DNA of 64,000 bases, taken from positions 80,292,001 through 80,356,000 of the forward strand of contig CM052816.1 of the NCBI GenBank assembly GCA_028534125.1. Direction: 5' to 3'. The first letter of the stretch is position 1; each line of letters begins with the position of its first letter. The position numbers were made by a program, and so were the translations under genes. Source of the stretch: Lama glama (Eukaryota). The notes under the pieces were generated by a model. The model ran no database searches. It was not told where the DNA came from and saw only the letters and a list, made by a program, of their open reading frames with translations. Positions 48,714 to 62,999 of the stretch are shown one piece after another.

Positions 48714-51027
48714 CAGCTTAACGCTGGTGACTGTGGGGATGGAGAGAGGTCCTGATTGGAATTTCATTCAGAGAGTAGAATCTCCAGGACGTGGTCATGG
48801 TAGTGGATTGAATGGATAATGGAGAGATGTGGGAGAAAGAGTAGTTCCCAATATGATCTCATCCTAGGTGGTTAACAGGAACTTACTTTGATGGATAGAT
48901 TGGAAAAAGAAAGATTTTGGTAGAAAATCAAGAGATTTCTTATGGACATGTTTCCTTTCTGACATCCAAGGGGAGAGGTCAAATAGGCAGTTGGAAACAT
49001 GGGTATGTGGAGCTTGCAAGTCAGGACTGGACTAGTCTTTCAAGTTATAAGAACAGATGAAATAACTTGAGGAGGAACAAGGAAAGAAAGCCTGAGACAT
49101 CATGAGAAGTGCAAGAAAGGTTAGTTTCTGAAGATGAGGTTTCTATGAGTTTTTATGGGGAAACTTATCAGAATGAGCATTTTAATTTTATTATCTTCTT
49201 TAAAAATAAGTTCTTGGAGAAAACTGAAACTATCTTCATGAAGCTGAACACAGATAATAGAGACAAATAGAAAATGTTAAAAAGGCAAGTTGAGCATATG
49301 TTTACTAGGTCTAAGACCCTGGAGAATGTGATAAATGTTTTCACTAAATATGGAAAAAATACTGTCAGCTGGGGCCCTTTACAGATCAAGAGAGGCCTGG
49401 GACTCCTCCAATACTTTCCTCAGGCTCCTGGTATGAATAGATGCATACAGATATAGACATAGATTATATAATGATACGTACATGTAATGAAAACATGCCA
49501 AAATCAAATTACAAAATATTGTTATAATTGAAATATTATTTTAATAATTTAATATTTTAAAATAAGAAAAGACTGAGATGATGCCAAAGCCTAAGTTTGA
49601 TGCCCTTTGTGAGTGCAAGGTCCAGGTTCCTCCCCACTACTCCCTACACTCACTCATTCCCTTGGATGCCAACCATTGTGATAGCTTAGACCAGACCCAA
49701 CGAGGGAAGAACTCACCTTTTCTTCCCTGATGCCCTCTTTGTTAGTGAACACGCTTCAGACCTTAGGATGTAGAAGAGGAGGCTTCACCTGCTCTTGGGC
49801 CGAGGCAATTTAAGGGCTGGACTTTGGACTGGGCTCATGTCTGGGTGGGCTAGACCTCCTTATGGAAAAAGTTGGGCTGAAATATTCAGATTATGAGACT
49901 TGAGAGTAGCCATGTAGCAGTATAAGCAGCCTCTGTGAAATTCCTTCTCAGTGTTTAAAGAGGTTCTGTTAAAAACCATCGCCTCAATTTAACTGGGAAT
50001 GAAAGGAGAGATTTGAATCCATGCCTAGAGTGGATTGGTGCTGGAAGAGATAAATAGCCTGGAAAAGGGTTACAGGACTGTGCATTGTGATCTGAGTTTC
50101 CAATGTTGCAGGTGGTTCATTCAAATCTTACATGGTTGGCAGAAGGGGCCAAACCACCAGCCAGGCAGATTTGTGAAATATTCAAGCATCCTTCCTGGGT
50201 TTTTATGGTTTCTTTGCAAGTGGAAGCCAAGGTAGGGATGGATTTTTCACAACCTTGGGGATAGGGCTTAGAAAATAATCACTGGAGATAGGAATAAAAA
50301 ATATAAGCTCATTTTTTGGTTTTAAGATGTAATGATGAAGAAACATGTCTGGTAAAAATGTAGGAACATTCCTTATGTCTAAGAAAGGGACTCTGCTGGG
50401 TTTTTTTAAACAAACATAAAGACTGTTCTGATGTTTATATACTTATAATTTGATAAGAGACATAATACAGTGATGTGAAAAGTTGAGTAAATACACAAGG
50501 TCATAATCTGGATAACGTAATCTATAATTAATGGGTAAGTAAAGGCTAGGATGTGAGTTTGGGGGAGCCTGTGGTCATGTGGGTAGTTTGTTCTGGGAAG
50601 ATTGCTGCTGGGTGGAAGAACTTGAGCTGGATCTGGATAAGAAGACAGGAAATTACTGCCTGAGTCAGGTTAGAGAGATGTATAATCAGCACTTCTAGAT
50701 TCTGGGAATGTACAAGGCAAAGTGTGTTTTCAGATAAGAGAGAGAAGAAAAGGGTCCATTCTCTCGAGACCTTCACATTGCATTAGTTCTTCTACATGGT
50801 TTCTGATTTTCTTTCAGATTTTTTAACTTTAGTAAATGATATTACTATTTACTTAACTATTCATGCTTAAAACCCAAGAGTAATTTTTATTTCTCATTTC
50901 CCCTTACATCTAATGTAACCCAACCTTGTAAGTCCTGTCAGCCTGTTCTCAAGAACAGAAACAAAAACCTCAAAACCAAAAAATAATCCTGAATTGGTCT
51001 ACTTCTTTCCATTTCTCAATTTCTCTC

Positions 51028-51531
51028 TGTATTAGTTATCTTTTTCTGAATAACAATTTATGCTGACACTTTATGGCTTAAAACAACAAACACCATTCAC
51101 AGCTTGTAGACACTGTCATTGGTTTAAGGTCTCTCATGAAGTTGCAGTCAAGCTACCAGGTAGGGCTGTGGTTTTATCTGAAGGCGTTAATGGTAGGGAG
51201 AGGGATCTGCCTTTAAGCTCACTCACATGGTTGCTGGCAGACCTCGATCTTTCATCATGTGGGATTCTCCACAAGGCTGCTTCCCATGATGGTAGCTGGT
51301 TTCCACCAGGGTGAGTGATGAGAGGGGGAGAGAGGGAGAGAACCCAGCATGAAAGCTGCAGTCTTTTTATAACCTAAAGTCAGACGTGACACTCCTACCA
51401 CTTCTGTCATATTCCGTTCTTTAGAGGCAAGTGAGTAGGTCAAGGCTGCATTCAAGAAGAGGGGAATTGTACAAGAATACTTTTACCAGGAAGCAAGGAT
51501 CATTGGGACCTTCTCAAGGCTGACTCTTACA
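51028..51531 (-). mobile_element. MLT1-family MaLR LTR
   Basis: tgtattagttatc...ggcttaaaacaacaa...tctctcatgaagttgcagtcaag. Confidence 0.65.
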
Positions 51532-51729
51532 GCAGGACAGGTGATCATGATACCCAGCAGAAAAGAGGAACTGAAGGGCTACTCAGCTGAGCAGATATTT
51601 CAACAGCTACACAGAGCTGGGGCAACAGAGACTGAAGCACAAGCCTAGTAAAGTGGAGAGGAATAAGTAAATAGTCCAGGCTTTAAGTCAAAACCACAGA
51701 CGAGGCCCATCCTAACAGTAATTTCTTTA

Positions 51730-52235
51730 CTCTATTCTCACCAACCAGAAAATACACACTTTCTTTTAAGTATGTATAGAACATTCATCAAAACAGGCCA
51801 CAGGCTGGGCCAAAAATCAAATTTCAACAAATTTCAAAGAACTGAAAACATACAGAACATGTATTTTGAGCACAGTGGAATTAACCTAGAAGTCAAGGAA
51901 AGAATGATAACTGGAAATCCTCAAATCTTTCAAAATTAAGCAACACATTTTGAACAACCCATGATGAAAGAACTAACATTTATAAAATGTTATAAAATAA
52001 ATTATAAAGTTATAAAATATTTTAAAGTAAATCATAATGAAAATATGGCATATCAAATTCTGTGGGATGCAATTAAAACAGTACTTAGAGGGAAATGTAT
52101 AGCTGTAAGTGCACATTTTAAAAAAGGAGGCAGGTTACATATCAATGATCTAAACTGTCAATTCAAGATCCTAGAGGTAGAAAAATTAATTCCAAAGAAA
52201 TCAGTTTGGAAATATTAAAGGTAAGGGCAGAGATA
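51730..52235 (+). mobile_element. Old L1 ORF2 fragment (end of endonuclease domain)
   Basis: ORF 51961-52218 contains YQILWDAIKTVLRGKCIA, an L1 ORF2 motif. Confidence 0.8.
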
Positions 52236-53735
52236 TGTGGAGAGCCCCTGCTATGTCGGGGATGAACCTAGTTGCTGGATCACAGAGAGATGGGTGGTGG
52301 GGACTCAAGAGAGGAAGGAGCAGCCCCAGGTGGGATTATTAGGGACTCAGGGTAGGAGTTAACCCATAGGTATGGAAATATATAAATATTTTTTAAAAAC
52401 ACTGCTGTCATACTTGCTCACACCACCTGAATGTGAATATGAGGTCTTCTTAATATGGTCCCATCTCCATCTTATCAGTTTTGTCATCTTCTCCCCATGA
52501 GCTAAAACATCCCTAACAGTTGCTGAATTTCACTGACACAACCTGACCAGTCAGCCCCCATGTTTTGTTAAGCGGTTTCCCTCCCCTTTTCTTTGCCCAC
52601 CAAGCTCTTTTTGCCTAAATGGACATTTCTCTTCTACCCCTGTTGTGTGACTGGTGACCTACTAACTGTTCTTCAAGGTTCAACTCACACATTATTTTCT
52701 CTTTGAAGGATTTTATTATTCCCAATATTTCCTAGAGAGAATTAGTCACTCTTTCTGCGCTCTCATAGGACTTTGTATAAACATCTATTATAGTGCTTAT
52801 TACTGTCTCAGACACAAAAAAAAAACAGCTAGCTCTCCTCTAAACGGAAAACCTCTGGAGAACTATAGCCTGTGTCTAATCCATCTTTGTATCATAGTGC
52901 CTGGAAAATGTATTCAGCTTGAACCCATGAATGAGTCATTAATTCCATTTCTTTACTAACCACTAACATTCGTTCAATAATAAGAAAGCACTTCCCAGTT
53001 GGAATACCCGGCAGGAATCTATAAACTCTGTTTCTAATGCTTCTCCAGTCCTCCTGTCTACACTCCACACACTGACAACTTGGCAGGTGTTGTTCTTAAT
53101 GCACAGAAAGCAATCTCCCCGCCCACCCCCCACCTTTGCCCTGGGGGGCTTCTCTAATCAGGGTAACAACACAGTTCTCAGTCAAATGGTTAATGAGGAC
53201 TTGTTTCATCAGAAGATACTAAAACAAGCCTGAATCACTTCACAGCATTCTGGGGGCAAAAAGTGTCACCTTCACTATTTTTCCAAATCAAATTGAACCT
53301 GGCTTAAGGCTCCATTGACAAAGTTGGAGAGAAATCAAGACGAGTCAACTTCGGTGACTTCCTGATCTTCAAGGGGGCTGTACCCCAGTCCTCAGGGCAT
53401 GCCAGCACAGTGCTGCTGTGGTTGCCGGTCCAGATCTGAGGGGCCTAACGTTAAGGGGCAGCTCCACCAGCAGTTTTAATGCTGAGCTCCATTCTCTGCT
53501 GAGCGTCTCAACATGACAGCCCTAATGCCATGAGCCATCCATATAGTCATCTTGGCTCTGGGATGCTGCATTGAGGCAGGCTCTGAACCCCTTCTGAAAT
53601 CTCCAACCTTCCTCCTATCCCAGTTCCCAAGGTTCACAGTCTTCTGCATTGAGCATTTTCTTCTTTAATTGTCAAAGTTCTGTTTATCTCACTGTTGAGA
53701 AAAAACTCAACCTACTCACCCCATGCTCTCTAAAA

Positions 53736-53922
53736 TAGTGGTTCGCAAAATGAGGTTCCAGGGGGCAGCAGCGGCATCACCTGGGAGCTTGTTAGACATA
53801 CAACTTCTCAGGCTCCTCCTGATACCTACTGAATCGGAAACTCTGGGGATGGGGCCCAGCCATTTAGGGGTTAGCAAGCCCTCCCAGTGGTTTTCATGTA
53901 TTAAAGTTTGAGAACCACTGTT
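53736..53922. mobile_element. MER5A
   Basis: tagtggttcgcaaa...gcagcggcatcacctgggagcttgttaga...aaagtttgagaaccactg. Confidence 0.85.
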
Positions 53923-55009
53923 CTAAAACAAAGAAGTAGCTTTTCCCCAACTCCCACACTGAAGCACATTAAAAAATTTTTTTTTGTTTGTTTTAGCCAC
54001 CCTTCCCCTAAAGAAAGCTCAGATAACTAGACAACAAGGATGTGACAGGAGAGAGGGAGAGCTGGTATGGGGACTGACTACTTTTCCCTTCTAAGGTGAT
54101 GAACGCTGCTCAGAGAAAAAAATAAAACAAAACAAAATTTCTGTGGCAAAATAACCTATTGCTGCCTGTTTCTTTAGCTGTCTTAGAACCTCTCGAGGAG
54201 CTTAACAGCATTCCATTCCCTGGGTTCCTCCCACGGGGAATCCTGGTTACAAAGGTCTGGAGTGAAATCCAGATGTTATTTTTGCAGAGTCAGGTTATTT
54301 TCATGTGCAGTCAATGCTAAAACTCACTGCCCTAGATGCTCTGCTGATTTTTTTTTTTTTTTGTGAGGATGACGCAGGTTATCTTTACTCCCATTATCTT
54401 TGAGGCTTGTTTGTAACTCAATCTAAGTTGGAATAGCCAGTCTTAGGTTCTCCCAGTTGCCTCATATTCAGTCAAGAGTTGACGTTTATATTCTTTCCCT
54501 TGCTTTAACCATTTTCGCATTCACATACAGGTCTAACCATGACAAAGTCACTGAGGAATGCTTTTGAACACCAGCCTCTACACTTTTCTCACTCCCATCA
54601 TTACAAACTAACTCAGGCTGACTTTTCCTGCATAGATTTTAGTTTCCTTTTGTTAAAAATCACTAGTCACGCAAAGTTAGAGGTGAGTAAGGGATGATCT
54701 TGGTCCCCGCCCCACCACCCCTTTACCAGTTTTCAAAGAAGCATATTTCATACCACTTTTGGCCACACACCACATTTATTTGTAAACACAAACAAAAAGC
54801 TCATGCAACCCATTTTGTAGGCTCAATGAATCTAGCCAGCACCTAGCGTAAAGGGCTCATCTGAGGAAAATGCAATAATATTCTGTCGGCAGGGTGTGGC
54901 TGGTGGGTAGTGGAGTCAGACAACCAGAAATATCAGAGACTGGATGTAAGTCTGTTCATCAGTCAGGCCAGTGATGTCATTTACAAGGACGGACTACTAT
55001 CTAGATTCC

Positions 55010-57950
55010 AAAACATGTTTAAAATTGTGATATAATCAGCATGTAATAAATTGCAAATACTTAAAATACAAGATTTGATTCAATCATGCCCCAGAGTTTC
55101 CTCTTGACTATTGTAGGCTATCCTCCTTTCATTTTCACTCATTCTGATTTGCCTTCTGTCACTAGAGATGAGTTTGCCTTTCCTAGAATTTTATATAAAT
55201 CATACAGTATTGATGTTTGTTTGTTTGGTCTGCTTTTCTTTCACTCAGCTTAATAATTTGGGGATTTATCCATGTGGCTGACTATAGTTTGCTCCTTTTT
55301 ATTACTGAGTATTATTCTGCCCTATATTACAATTTTCATCCATTCAAATGTTGATAGACTTGGATTCTTGCCAGTTTTTGGCCATTAGAAATGGAAGTGC
55401 TATAAATATTCATGTATAAATATTTGTGCAGACATATGCTTTCATTTCCTTAGGTAAATACCAAAGTCATGTGGTGGGTGTATACTTAACTTTTTCAGAA
55501 ACTAGTAAGTTGTTTTCCAAAGTAGTTATGCCATTCATTTTACATTCCCACCAGTGGTGTGTGAGTTCCATTTCCTCCATGTGAATATGCCAGCATTGGT
55601 ATAGTCAGCCTTTGAAATTTTGGCCACTCCACTGTACAGTGGTATCTCGTAGTTTTAACTTGCATTTCCCTAATGACAAGTGATGTTAACAATCTTTTCG
55701 TGTGCTTATTAGCTATCTTTTTTTTGTGAAGTGTCTATTCAAATATTTTGCCCATTTTATCGGTCATTTGTCTTTTTCTTACTGAGTTGTGAGACATCTT
55801 TATATATTCAAGAGACATGCCATTTTTTCAAATACATGTTTTGAAAATATTTTCTCCTTGTCAGTGACTTACGTTTTTATCTTCATCACAGTGTCTTTTG
55901 AAGATTAGAATGTTTTAATTTTGATGAAGGTCAACAAATTGATTTCTTTTCTTTAAGAATTTGTGCTTTGGGGTTGTATTTAAGGAATCTTTGCCAAACT
56001 CAAATTCACTAAGAATTTCTAGAAATTTTTCTAAAATTCTGCATATTTAGCTGTTGAATTTCACTTGAGAGAGAAATATGATCTCTTTCAAGTTAAATTT
56101 TGTATGTGGTGTGAATACAGGGTCAAGGTTAATTTTTTAATGCAGGTATCCAGTTGTTCCAGCACCATTTATTGAAATGATTATTTCCCCCATTAAATTT
56201 ACTTGGCAATATTTATAAAAATTGACTAACAATTTATGTATGTGTCTATTTCTCTTTGAATTATTCCAGTTTTTTTTTGCTTCTGAAAAAACTTGTTTTT
56301 ATTTCATCTTAGATTTTGAAAGATTTTTGCTGGTTATAGAATTATTTTATAAATTAATTATAGATTGACTTTTTTTCTTTCAGTACTTCAAAGATTTTTC
56401 TTCATTGTCTTCTGGCTTACATTCTTATTTTTTTAATGAAAAGTTTGCTTCGTTCTTATTTTTGGTCAGCATTTGATATGTTTTATTTCTCTGTCTTCTT
56501 TTGAGATTTTCTGTTTATCACTGGTTTGGGGCAATTGGGTTGTAATGTGCCTTGGAGTACTTTTCTGTATTTTTTTGCGTCTAGGATTTATTGAACTTCT
56601 TGTGTATGTGGCTTTATAGTCTTCATCACATTTGGGAAATGTTGACCATTATTGTTTCATACTTTGCTCCCCTTCAAACATTTTGTGAACCTCAGTTACA
56701 TGTATATTAATTAGGCTGCTTGAAATTGTTCCACAGCTCCTGGGTGCAGTGGTCTTTTTTCTCTTTTTAGTCTTCTTATTTGTGTCTTTCATTTTGGATA
56801 GTTTCTATGTTTTCAAGTTCACTAATATTTTCTTCTGCAGTGTCTAATCAGCTAGGACAGTACCATGTAGTATAGTCTTTATCTCAGACACGTTTTTTTT
56901 TCATTCCTAGAAGTTTGATTTGTGTCTTTTAAAAATCTCTTCTTAATATGCTCGTGCTTTCTTCTGCCTTCTTAAACCTATAAAATGTAATTATTGCTAC
57001 TTAAAAGATATTCTCATCTACCAGTTCTATTGTCAGTGTCACTTCTGGGTCTGATTCTACTGACTGCCTTTTCTCCTCATTGTGAACTGCTTTTCCCTCC
57101 TTCTTTGCAGGCCTTGTTATTTACTTTTTTTTTAATTGGATGACACACATACAGTTATTTTTACCTTATTGGGTGTTCCACATTTTTGTATTCTTTAGTC
57201 TTGCACTTGATTTGGTATCACACTTAAGTTACTTATAACAGTTTGGCCTTTGAAGGCTTGCTTTTAAGCTTTGTTAGGTGAGACCAGGACAGCATTTATT
57301 CCAGATTTAATTTTGACTCATTAATGAGTTAATATCTTTCTGATGCCCTGTGTATTACAAGTTTTTTTTTTTTTTTTCCCAGTTTGACTGGCAGGAAAGC
57401 AAACTATTTCTGGTCATGTGTCATCATTGGAATTGTTCCACTTGAAGCTTCCTAGTGTGTTTTGTTCTTTTTTTTCCTCTTCTCTCCTGCATCAGATAGT
57501 TTATTCCCATGCATGGACTGAGCAGGACTCAATTAAAGGCTTGAGGAGAATCCTCTACAAGTTTCTGAAACTCTCTCTACATGCGGCTCTCTCCTCACTG
57601 TGGGGGTCTCTACTCTTCCATAGTTTGCCTTGCAAACTCTGAGCTACTTTGGCTTCCTTGGATTCTTAACTCTGTCTCCTCAATTCACAGAGACCACTGA
57701 GCTGTTTGGGGTGCCCCGCCCCCCTCACACTGCAGCCTGGAAACTCTCCAGGCAGTAATCTGGGTAACTGCAGGGCTCAAATCACTTGTTTGCCTTCACT
57801 CAGGGATTATTGTCCTGTGTTCCTTGTTGCAGTGTCTGAAACCATTGTTTCATATATTTTACCCATTATATTTTTAGTTGTTTACACTGAAAGGGAAAAT
57901 TGTATTCCTGTTACTCCATCAACGTTGAAACTGGAAATCCCTTCTGCTTG
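55010..57950 (-). mobile_element. Old, degraded L1 fragments
   Basis: T-rich antisense L1 motifs: ttacattcccaccag, tgcatttccctaatgac, tccagttgttccagcaccatttattgaa. Confidence 0.75.
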
Positions 57951-60349
57951 ATTTTATATCCTGTTTGTATGAGGTTGGGAATGTCCCTGCAGTAGCTTCC
58001 TGAAACCATATTATCTTCAGTATTCTGATTAAAAAACATCTGGCATTTGTCAGAGATAAAGATTGTTGAAGTACTTTTAATTACTGACTTGCAGTGTGAA
58101 CTTTTGATTAAGTATTACCTAACCTTTCTCAAGGTTCATATCATTTTTCTAGGGCAGACATTAAAAGTAACACATACCAATATTATTGATCATAAAATAG
58201 TTTGAAGTAAATTAAAGATATTGTACCCCCTTCTCCCCAGTAAAAATGCTGTCGACCTGGGAGTTTGGTTTCACTTTCCAAATCCTCACCCCAACAAAGT
58301 GCCAGCCATGGGTTCTTCTTTCTTGTATATATGCCAAGATTAGATGCTGGAGCCAGGACCAGGTGCAGAAATGACAGGGAGGTCTGCTCAGAACGCTGCC
58401 ACCGTCCCCTGAGCAGTGGCCGATGCCCCATCTTCCGCTGAGGTGCATATGGTGTTACAGTGTAACAAGTGTCAATGTTAACAAACCTCTCCTTGCTGCA
58501 GTGACTGGTGATCTTAACAGTTACATTTGCTTTTAGCAAATAGGCAAAGGAGAATATTTATTCCCCAGGCCAAAGAGAGGAGAGGGTAGTCTAATACTGA
58601 GGCCAGAATCCATTTCCCAAGGCCAGGTAGGAGTTAGGAGAGGAAGCTGACTCTAATAGGGCGACGTTTCCACTGGCTTCAAAGCAAATCATTCCCCAGA
58701 AAAGTCCCAAGCCACCTCTCACAGACTTCTGCCTGCCTTCCACGCTAATCCATGTGTTCAAGGAACATATCCCGTGTACCTAATTTTCTCACACTGGGTT
58801 TCAAAGGCTCCAGTGGTCTATCCAGTCACCTCTCTCCCCTTCCAAAGGTGAATCACCTTAATCTGCTCCCGGCTGCTGCTTTACAGCAGGAAGCAGTGAC
58901 AGCATCAAGACAACCTCTTGCTTTTGGGAAGCCTCTCAGGAAACTTGGTACAAATTTAGCAGAACAGCAAAACAAGTAACTAATAGAGTGAGTCGGTGTT
59001 ATCTGCAACACTCAGAGGGGCTATGAAGCAACAAGGAGATTTCCTCGTTGCCAAGGAGGCGATCCTGGCGGCACTATTTGAAGAGCATGGCCAAGGTAGG
59101 TGAAGGTGTTAGCAGAGCACCTTGCCCTCGGCCAGCTGTCCCCTGGCCACACAAAAGCACAGTCTGCCTTCTGTGCTCTGGAGAATCAGAGTGCTGCAAA
59201 GGCTCATCTCTGGCTTTGGAGATAACCCCCACTTCGGTCTGGCAGTGTGGGAAAGCTATGTTAAAACTCTCTACAACACTATAGAGAGATCTTTTGTCTT
59301 ACTCCAGGCTCAACTTCCAAGCCGATTTTTCATTATTTTGATGTGCATCTCTTAAAGGCACTTTATCCTGAGGAGAAACATATACCTTCCATGGGAAATG
59401 AAATTGTTGGAGCAGTTAGGGGCCTTCCTTCATAAATTACAAGGAAAGATCTTTAACATAAACTACTGGTGTGCATGCATCTGCCTGATTTTAGAAGAGG
59501 GATCCACGATCAAGCTTTCTCAGCATCACTTTTCCAGTGGTTAGTGGATAAATTAATAACAAGGTGAATGAATAGACCAATTGTCACAGACACATACACA
59601 CATACACTTGCACACACATATATATGTCAAAACTCATTGTGGTGATAGTTTCACAGGTGTGTGTATAAATGCAAATACATAAAACTGTACACTTTAAACA
59701 TGGTCGGTTTATCATACGTCAATTATACCTCAACAAAGCAAAAAAAAAAAAGTGGGTACTATTATACTATATCCTTACTGCTCCTGAACTAATCTCATTT
59801 ACCCTCTTCAAAGTTCCTTGGGGGCACAGCTGATGTTCTGCAGTCAGTGTTCCCAGGATATCAAGGAACAGTGATAAATATCAGGGGACGGGCCCTCTGA
59901 GACCAGGGCAGGACCACTGACAGTCAGCTGGTCCCCTCCGAGGAGGAGAACCCCAGCCCAGGCTACTCAGAGGCTCTGGTTGATCTCCTGTATTTCCAGT
60001 GTTAATGGCGGCTCTGAAAAATGCCTCGAGTGAATTTTCCTTGAACTTCAGTCATCCCCGTGCTTCTGTAGGTTCGTTAGGAAAGTATAAATTTCTTTAT
60101 GCCTTATTTGCCTATGAAACAAAGGGAGCTCTTTGTGAGGTATTTTAGATCTTTTGTCTCAGTTTGGATTTTCACGTGGAAAACCCAATACGAACTGAGA
60201 CACTATGATGCTGTCCTGTGGAAATGTCCTTAGTCCCTGCACACTTTGTGGATAAAGACCTTACAAGGGGCCTTGAGCAAGACAGATCTGTATTTGATTC
60301 TACATAGTGGCTTGGCTAATTCTTCATTTCTCTGAACCTCACTGCTTCA

Positions 60350-60520
60350 TCCTGGTTTTCCACTTCATAGTGATGTGATCCTGGGCAAGTTATGTAACTT
60401 TTCAATGTCTGTTTTCTCATTTACAAATCAAGAATAATTATAGTACCTACCTGATAGGTTTCTGTGAAGATTAAAGTAATACAGATACAGTATTCAGCAC
60501 AGGGCCTGGTGTTCGCTGTT
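60350..60520. mobile_element. MIR
   Basis: tgtgatcctgggcaagttatgtaac...tgttttctcatttacaaa...ataattatagtacctacct. Confidence 0.7.
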
Positions 60521-61764
60521 CCTACCTATTATTTAACACTTGGATTTCGCAAGATTTTGTAGTTTTTCTTCAACGGTAGCACATCTGTATCAGCCACGGG
60601 ATATTTGGAGACTACGCAGTGCTTCACAGCTCTGCTCTCTACAGTGGGCATATCAGCAAAGGTAGTTGACTTTTTTTTTTTTTTTATTGCTCCTAACCTT
60701 GGTCACCAAGAGGATTTGTTTTCTTTTCCCACTGAGCAGAGGAAAAGCTGAGGAGAATTAACTCTTTCCTCTACCCTGAGGTGACACTGGGCTGTGGAGG
60801 AATTTGGTCAATTCTGGAAAGAGTGAGAGGAACTCTAAGAATAGTAAAAGGATGCATATTTGTGCAGAGCCATGTTGAAAACCTGCTGAAGCTGGAGACA
60901 TGAATTGGTAGTTGCACCAGTAGGTGCAATTATGTGAGTTTCTTCAATAGCACTTCAGGGGAAAAAGCAGAGAAAATCAGCAGTTGGGGTAAAACAAGGT
61001 TACAGTTTGATGAGGAAGATGAGATGTTGAAGGCACCGGTGAGAGATTATTTAAGGAGATGGATCATAAATACGACTGGGCAAAAAAGGAGGTAAAACCA
61101 GAGAGGTACTTATAGATTATGGGACAAACAAAGATGAAGAGATCAAGAGATGGGAAGGCCTTTCTAGGCTGAAAAGGCTGACAGAATACAATGTTTTGGT
61201 GGGATTTTACAATTCAAATATTTCAGTCTTGGGTGACTTCTGGGTGGCATATATTCCTTGTTGTGATCTCGAGAGTAGATTGGGGAGAGAGGGCTAGGGG
61301 GATGCCGTTAGAGTGGAAGAGGTTAAGAAACTGTGAGGCCAGAGTGTTCTGTGGGTCCTCCCTGATATTGCTGGGACTCAGTAGTTTCCAGAGTTCTTTG
61401 GGCTCCTGCCTGAGAGATGCAGCTCTTCTCCAGGGCATGGAGTCCAGAACTAATCTCGTTCTTCAGGTGAGACCATACTTGCTATCGAAAGGAGAAGAAG
61501 AAGAAACAAAAGGAGGGAGAAGAGAAGGACGAGGAAAAGGGCAAGGGGATGGGGAAGGAGAAGAAGAAAGGGAAAGAAACAAAGAGTTTTAGCCCAAAGT
61601 GGGTCTTTGATGCCCTTGCAGTTGCCTTTCTGTTGGGTCTTCATGCCATTTCACTGGACATGCCTGTCTTATCTGCATCTCCTTCGGACTCAAGGTGTGC
61701 TCTTCCTATCTAGTATTTATGTAACAGTAAAAGGGGCTCAGAGCAGTTCTATGACTGGCCTATG

Positions 61765-62212
61765 AGGACATAACTTGTAATGTTGCATGGCAAGGGGGAT
61801 AAAGGTTGCAGGTGGAGTTGTGGTTGCTAATCAGCTGACTTTAAGAAAAAGAAATTAACCTGGATGATCTAGGTGGGTCCAATGTAATCACAGGGGTCCT
61901 TAGAAATGGAAAAGGAAGGAAAAGAGATAGTTTCAGGATAATGCGACTTAAGAGACTCCACTGGTCATTACTGGCTTTGAAAATGGGGGAAGAGGGCCAC
62001 AAGCCAAAGAATGTGGAAGCTTCTAGAAGCTGCAAAAGGCAAGAAAACAGCCTCTAGAAAGGAAGAAAGGTAGCTGTGCTAACACTTTAATTTTAGCCCA
62101 GTGAGACCCATCTCAGACTTCTGACCTCCAGAACCATAAGATACTAAATTTGTGTTGTTTTAAGTCACCAAGCTTTTGGGAACTTGTGACGGCAATAACA
62201 GGAATCTTACAC
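61765..62212 (+). mobile_element. MLT1D-like MaLR LTR
   Basis: aatgtaatcacaggggtcctt...ggccacaagccaaagaatg...ttttagcccagtgagaccc...ctgacctccagaacc. Confidence 0.8.
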
Positions 62213-62999
62213 CTACCCCTTGAAATGTAGTGGTGTGTAGGTATCCAGTCTGAAGTCCTTCGAACTACCCACTCCAGGCCTGTGAACACAACCTTGCACT
62301 TGGCGTACTGCTTTGACTTGGCTGCCCTGGCTCCAGTGAGGTTGGATGAGTTGGTATCCGCAACCTCTCACTGAACACTTACGGTTGGCTGGAAGCCATG
62401 GAGAACCAGTATGGGGCCAAATTCCTCCTGAATGGACTGAGATGGTGGGCTTCAGCCCAGTAGCACAAAATCTTGGCTGGATTATCCCAGGAAATTCTCA
62501 GGATGAGCGGCAAGCTCTCTGGTTTGTGGTACTCTCTCAGTGATGTAAAGCTTGAGCCTCAGATTGGTTTCCCCTTCCATGGGCAGCCTGTGCAGGTAAA
62601 CTGGAGAAATCCCTTGGCACCTTCTTGGGCTGACTTACTTCCTCTACTCTCCTGGTTTCCTTCTGGGTCAGTGGAGGCGGGCTTAGAACAGTAGAAAAGC
62701 ACCAGAGACCTGCTGACTCAGAGTGGCTCACTGTCCCTTGGTCTCAACATCTCATGGTACAGATGAAGGGACTTGTCCAGCGTTGAACCAGCGGATTAGC
62801 CCAGACCATTTCCCTTTGTGTGAATTGGCAAAAAGAAAAATTGCTGGTTATTTTTTCAAGTGGAAGCCCTAGTAGGCGCTGGAAAAGAATCACAGACAAG
62901 GGCGGCTGAGGAGTCTTGGAAGAGCAGTGTTAGGAAGTTTGGGAACTGGGAGGAGAAAAGCAAGAAAGGGGGCAGCACTGAGCTGAGGAGGGTCTGGGA

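Noticed and set aside
61191..61592. 133-aa ORF with a Glu/Gly/Arg-rich tail
   Set aside because: The tail is a translated purine-rich low-complexity tract.
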